Source: Eledone cirrhosa (Eukaryota). From it: a stretch of DNA of 64,000 nt. Below are positions 59,159-64,000 of the stretch, in pieces. The DNA is taken from the NCBI GenBank assembly GCA_964016885.1, contig OZ024763.1, positions 7,192,001 to 7,256,000 on the forward strand, read 5' to 3'. The position numbers and the translations under genes were made by a program. Below the pieces are notes generated by a model, which saw only the letters and a list, made by a program, of their open reading frames with translations, was not told where the DNA came from and searched no databases. How positions within the stretch are numbered: the first letter of the stretch is position 1; each line of letters starts with the position of its first letter.

Positions 59159-60045
59159 TAGTAGTAAGAGTACAATTGTATTGCACTCACAAGCGATATG
59201 CCAAAATGAACATTCGATGCTATTGGGGAGCAGAGTATTGATAATAATAATAATTAGGGAACAAAGAATCAGTGTTGCATCATAGACATATTTAATTACA
59301 TATTACATCTGTTTCACTGTCGATCAGCTCGGGGAACGATTGATTATGTTTGTTCCTGACTCTGGAATCGAAAGCTCCTCAGATATGTGTTTTATGTCGA
59401 CATGTGAAAGCACATATCTGACGATTGGAGTATCGGACAACAAACTTTGTGGCATATAGTTACATTCCTTTATATTCTGAGGTCAAATCCCGCCAAGCTT
59501 AGCTTTGAGACTCCCCGCCCCTCTCTCAAAATTGTTGTCCTTGTGCCTATAGTAGAACCAGTTGTTGTTGTTGCTGTTGTTGATGTCTTTACTGTTTCTT
59601 TACAGTTGACAACCCAAACCACTGCGACTTCATACGTCTCCGACAAATGCTGATTAGGTAAGAGACATTGTCAAACATTTCACTGCTGCAGTTGTTGCTG
59701 CTGCTGCAGTTGGTGTTGCTGCTGCAGTTGCTGCTGCTGCAGTTGCTGTTGCTGTTGCTGCAATTGTTGCTGGTGCAGTTGTTGCTGTTGCTGCTGCAGT
59801 TGTTACAGTTGCTGTTTCTGCTCTAGTTGCCACAATTGCTGCAGCTGTTGTTGCTGCTGCTGTTGTTGTTGTTGTAATCAACCTGTTCTTTCTTTCTTCC
59901 TTCCCTCTGATCCTTCCGCTGCACCTCCCACTGCTCCCACCAGTACCCATATGCAAGACTTGAAAGATGTTACTGCTGATGTCCACTATGAGAACTACAG
60001 AGCCATGTACTTAGCTGACCAGATGAAGACAGGAAGGGAACGCAA
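49615..60045 (+). CDS. Sep4: Septin, SEPT2 group (Sep4/SEPT4-5-like); multi-exon gene, 3' end incomplete in window
   Basis: Spliced exons 49615-49708, 53010-53096, 53717-53840, 55293-55427, 56744-56861, 57123-57224, 58295-58391, 59606-59657, 59944-60045 are all GT-AG and phase-consistent. Translation shows [15 protein letters not shown]1 GESGLGKS, G3 DTPG, G4 AKSD and the septin unique element ([20 protein letters not shown]...HYENYR). Confidence 0.97.
50222..50432 (+). mobile_element. Family E element: fold-back palindrome carrying only the 3' half of an HHR, plus tail
   Basis: Arms 50222-50287 / 50289-50353; GAAA-cggct-tgagctc-agccg-TC-gggg at 50312-50338. Other copies or fragments: 5688-5860, 22375-22540, 23935-24066, 26546-26678, 44091-44176. 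Confidence 0.8.
50559..50617 (+). ncRNA. Type I hammerhead ribozyme, family A (sense, in septin intron)
   Basis: gctgc-CTGAAGA-ggtgacagcca/atga/tggctgtcacc-GAAA-tatatatata-TA-gcagt: full core, 11-bp stem II, palindromic helix III. Confidence 0.9.
53010..53096 (+). CDS. Sep4: Septin exon [29 protein letters not shown] (P-loop)
   Basis: ttcag acceptor, gtaag donor, G1 motif. Confidence 0.97.
53717..53840 (+). CDS. Sep4: Septin exon [41 protein letters not shown]
   Basis: cacag acceptor, gtaag donor, G3 motif. Confidence 0.97.
54321..55269. repeat. 17-bp minisatellite aaacatatcccctctct in septin intron
   Basis: Direct reading; ends about 23 nt before the acceptor at 55292. Confidence 0.95.
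55293..55427 (+). CDS. Sep4: Septin exon [46 protein letters not shown]
   Basis: tgcag acceptor, gtcagt donor, [11 protein letters not shown] septin motif. Confidence 0.97.
55972..56027 (-). ncRNA. Type I hammerhead ribozyme, family A-related
   Basis: Minus strand: actgc-CTGATGA-ggtcatagccatt..atggctatcatc-GAAA-tatata-TA-gcagt-aaataaa. Confidence 0.85.
56398..56703 (+). mobile_element. SINE family A, 5'-truncated, ending about 40 nt before a septin acceptor
   Basis: Near-identical to 8361-8702. Confidence 0.88.
56744..56861 (+). CDS. Sep4: Septin exon [39 protein letters not shown]
   Basis: ctcag acceptor, gtagg donor, G4 motif. Confidence 0.97.
57123..57224 (+). CDS. Sep4: Septin exon [34 protein letters not shown]
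   Basis: Polypyrimidine tract plus aag acceptor, gtagg donor; [10 protein letters not shown] is typical of the SEPT2 group. Confidence 0.96.
57235..57960. repeat. 37-bp minisatellite gacactgttactgtctttactgacRtctggcagatgt in septin intron
   Basis: About 20 units starting 10 nt into the intron. Confidence 0.95.
58295..58391 (+). CDS. Sep4: Septin exon [32 protein letters not shown]
   Basis: tacag acceptor, gtaac donor, PFAIVG and RGRxYPWG motifs. Confidence 0.97.
59298..59388 (-). ncRNA. Type I hammerhead ribozyme with long stem II, family I
   Basis: Minus strand: acatat-CTGAGGA-gctttcgat...ggaac..gttcc...atcgacagt-GAAA-cagatg-TA-atatgt; 5'-truncated relative at 63687-63800 (+, GAAA-catatg-TA-atat). 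Confidence 0.8.
59606..59657 (+). CDS. Sep4: Septin exon [17 protein letters not shown]
   Basis: tacag acceptor, gtaag donor. Confidence 0.96.
59944..60045 (+). CDS. Sep4: Septin exon [34 protein letters not shown]
   Basis: accag acceptor, gtgag donor, HYENYR motif. Confidence 0.96.
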
Positions 60046-60231
60046 GTGAGTCCCACACCATTCTTTACACATCATCATCATCATTGTCACTGTTATTATT
60101 ATTGCTCTTACCTCACGTTTACAATGAGAAGCATTCTTGTCATTCCCATTAAAATCAAGGCCCTTCCTTTTAAAGTCACCACCATTGAACTCATTCCCTC
60201 TTAAAGGCATTCACATCAAAGCAATTCCTAT

Positions 60232-61993
60232 CAGTCATTCCCATTACAGTCATTCCCATTACAGTCGTTCCCATTACAGTCATTCCCATTACAGTCATTC
60301 CCATTACAGTCATTCCCATTACAGTCGTTCCCATTACAGTCATTCCCATTACAGTCATTCCCATTACAGTCGTTCCTATTACAGTCATTCCCATTACAGT
60401 CGTTCCCATTACAGTCGTTCCTATTACAGTCATTCCCATTACAGTCATTCCCATTACAGTCGTTCCCATTACAGTCGTTCCTATTACAGTCATTCCCATT
60501 ACAGTCGTTCCCATTACAGTCGTTCCCATTACAGTCATTCCCATTACAGTCGTTCCCATTACAGTCGTTCCTATTACAGTCGTTCCCATTACAGTCATTC
60601 CCATTACAGTCGTTCCCATTACAGTCGTTCCTATTACAGTCATTCCCATTACAGTCGTTCCCATTACAGTCGTTCCCATTACAGTCATTCCCATTACAGT
60701 CATTCCCATTACAGTCATTCCCATTACAGTCGTTCCCATTACAGTCGTTCCTATTACAGTCATTCCCATTACAGTCATTCCCATTACAGTCGTTCCCATT
60801 ACAGTCGTTCCTATTACAGTCATTCCCATTACAGTCGTTCCCATTACAGTCGTTCCCATTACAGTCATTCCCATTACAGTCGTTCCCATTACAGTCGTTC
60901 CTATTACAGTCGTTCCCATTACAGTCATTCCCATTACAGTCGTTCCCATTACAGTCGTTCCTATTACAGTCATTCCCATTACAGTCGTTCCCATTACAGT
61001 CGTTCCCATTACAGTCATTCCCATTACAGTCATTCCCATTACAGTCATTCCCATTACAGTCGTTCCCATTACAGTCGTTCCTATTACAGTCATTCCCATT
61101 ACAGTCATTCCCATTACAGTCGTTCCCATTACAGTCGTTCCTATTACAGTCATTCCCATTACAGTCGTTCCCATTACAGTCATTCCCATTACAGTCGTTC
61201 CCATTACAGTCGTTCCTATTACAGTCGTTCCCATTACAGTCATTCCCATTACAGTCGTTCCCATTACAGTCGTTCCCATTACAGTCATTCCCATTACAGT
61301 CATTCCCATTACAGTCATTCCCATTACAGTCGTTCCCATTACAGTCGTTCCTATTACAGTCATTCCCATTACAGTCATTCCCATTACAGTCGTTCCCATT
61401 ACAGTCGTTCCTATTACAGTCATTCCCATTACAGTCGTTCCCATTACAGTCGTTCCCATTACAGTCATTCCCATTACAGTCGTTCCCATTACAGTCGTTC
61501 CTATTACAGTCGTTCCCATTACAGTCATTCCCATTACAGTCGTTCCCATTACAGTCGTTCCTATTACAGTCATTCCCATTACAGTCATTCCCATTACAGT
61601 CGTTCCCATTACAGTCATTCCCATTACAGTCGTTCCCATTACAGTCGTTCCCATTACAGTCGTTCCCATTACAGTCATTCCCATTACAGTCGTTCCCATT
61701 ACAGTCGTTCCTATTACAGTCGTTCCTATTACAGTCATTCCCATTACAGTCGTTCCTATTACAGTCATTCCCATTACAGTCATTCCCATTACAGTCATTC
61801 CCATTACAGTCATTCCCATTACAGTCGTTCCCATTACAGTCGTTCCCATTACAGTCGTTCCCATTACAGTCGTTCCCATTACAGTCATTCCCATTACAGT
61901 CATTCCCATTACAGTCGTTCCCATTACAGTCGTTCCCATTACAGTCATTCCCATTACAGTCGTTCCCATTACAGTCATTCCCATTACAGTCAT
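60232..61993. repeat. 15-bp minisatellite cagtcRttccYatta with higher-order pattern
   Basis: Three variants recurring in larger blocks. Confidence 0.96.
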
Positions 61994-62566
61994 CCCCATT
62001 AAATCTGTTCCCATTAAAATTGTCTCCATTAGAGCCATTCCCATTAATGCCACCCCAATTAAAGTTATTCCAGTCAGTTGTTCCAATTAAAATCATTCCC
62101 ACTAAAGCTGTCTCCATTAAAAACCATCCCAATTGAAGTCTTCCCCATCATGGTCCTTCCATACTGTTATTCACAGCTGTCTTTGCTTTTCAGTGAAGGA
62201 CTTTCTAGATAACTCTCACTTACCACCAATTGCCGCTGTTCTTCTTATCAACACCTTGTAGTTGTTGTTGTTGCTATTGTTGTAGTTGTTGTTGCTGCTT
62301 CAACGTCAACTTTTGTCCATCACAGCTCAGTAGAAAGAGAGAAAACAACAACACATACCAGTTATACACTTTGGTCCATTAATATTACACCGAGACTTGT
62401 TTCAATCAACTCCTCTTTCTTCTCCACTCTGCACATCTCGTTCCTTTTTTTTTTTTCTAACTTTTTGTCAAAGTATTTTTTTGTGACATTTTAAAGCAAC
62501 ACATGTATGTATATATATATATATATATATATAAACACACATACACACATATATATATATATATAA

Positions 62567-62634
<68 letters not shown>

Positions 62635-62664
62635 ACACATACACACATATATATATATATATAA

Positions 62665-62699
<35 letters not shown>

Positions 62700-62708
62700 A
62701 ACACACAT

Positions 62709-62783
<75 letters not shown>

Positions 62784-62993
62784 CATGCATATATATGTAT
62801 GTAACTTGCTGAATTTCCTAAGATGTATATATAGCCATTCACACATTTCCCTAGTTCTATGTGTATATACATGTTTGCACACACTCTGTTATGAATATAT
62901 ATACATACACGCACATATGCATACATATATATATATATATATATATACATATTCATATATATATATATATATATATATATTCATATATGTAAG

Positions 62994-63048
<55 letters not shown>

Positions 63049-64000
63049 GTATATATATATATATATGTATGTATGTGTATATATATATATATATGATGTC
63101 ATATTTCTTTCAGTGTGTATATAATAGGTTTGTCACTCCTCACTATGAAGTGTATACATGCTTTTATATCGAGGGGTGTATATCATGTTCATAATTGTTA
63201 TACGATGTATGTGCGTGTGTATGTATGTGTGTGTGTGTATGTATGCATACAGATATATATTATACAGTGAGAATTCTGTTGAGTTTCTGGACAATCCACT
63301 TTACTCTCCATTCTTTTAGCATATCTAGGTCTCTGAGCACATTATGACAACCTATCCAGGGGAATAGTTTATCTCTCATCCACTTCATAAAAAGGAAACT
63401 GGAACTATACATTAGCTATCTTTTCAGAACCACAGATATTTCATTGCTTGACATAGAAGAATAAGGAGACTGCACTGGTGTAGACATGTGATGTGTGTTG
63501 ATGGATGGTGATCATTGCACTAGTTCTGACTAGTGGAAGGAGACTGCAGTGGTAGAAGACCAAGGAAAATTTGGGCAGATCTGATAAGAGGATGACAATT
63601 GAAAAACCATCCAAACCATACAGACATAAAATATTGATGTGTGTATATAGATGTATATATGTATATATATACACACATATATAGGTGTCCAGAGTCCGGT
63701 TCAATCATTAATAGATCGTTCCCCGAGCTGATCGACACTGAAACATATGTAATATATAATTAAATATATATATGATGCAACACTGATTTATTGTTCCTTT
63801 GTATATTAATAATATATATATATATATATATCATCATCATCATCGTTTAACATCCATCTTCCACGCTGGCATGGGTTAGACGGATTATATATATATATAT
63901 ATTATATATAATATATATAAGTATGCAAAAGGCAAACTGAAATTACAAAGCAAACGAAACTATACAATGATGAAATATATTGTTAGTTTTACGCTTGATA

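Noticed and set aside
60137-62132. 620-630-aa ORFs ((GNDCN)n, (SHSHY)n, (GMTVM)n)
   Set aside because: The 15-bp unit lacks stops in several frames; intronic VNTR with no codon-position bias.
62170-62460. Possible next septin exon after acceptors near 62193 and 62325
   Set aside because: The phase-compatible reads (NEGLSR*, NSVEREKTTT...) lack the expected coiled-coil tail; the true exon is probably beyond the window.

Overview
Eukaryotic, extremely microsatellite-rich genomic DNA. The SINE families and (TA)n/(CA)n load suggest an octopod cephalopod, which is an inference. The only supported protein-coding gene is a + strand septin of the SEPT2 group (Drosophila Sep4 / SEPT4-5-like). It has nine phase-consistent GT-AG exons at 49615-60045, a probable upstream coding exon at 20221-20340, and C-terminal exon(s) not found in the window. 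Almost all listed long ORFs are simple-repeat artefacts. The rest is two tRNA-derived SINE families, mariner-type MITEs, a DD37D transposase relic, a Vingi-like LINE 3' end, 5S and tRNA-Ala retrocopies sharing one 3' tail, and several minisatellites. The main finding is at least 10 distinct families of short (100-330 bp) elements embedded in (TA)n tracts. They carry type-I hammerhead ribozymes (HHRs) of the Penelope-like-element kind (often with palindromic helix III) and are frequently arranged as fold-back palindromes. They share a covarying downstream hairpin (ACTC-stem-loop-stem-2 nt bulge-GAGT, switching to GCTC/GAGC). Several lie in sense orientation inside septin introns, and two pairs are in tandem, 150-190 nt apart. 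All structures were read by eye; no folding or database search was run.
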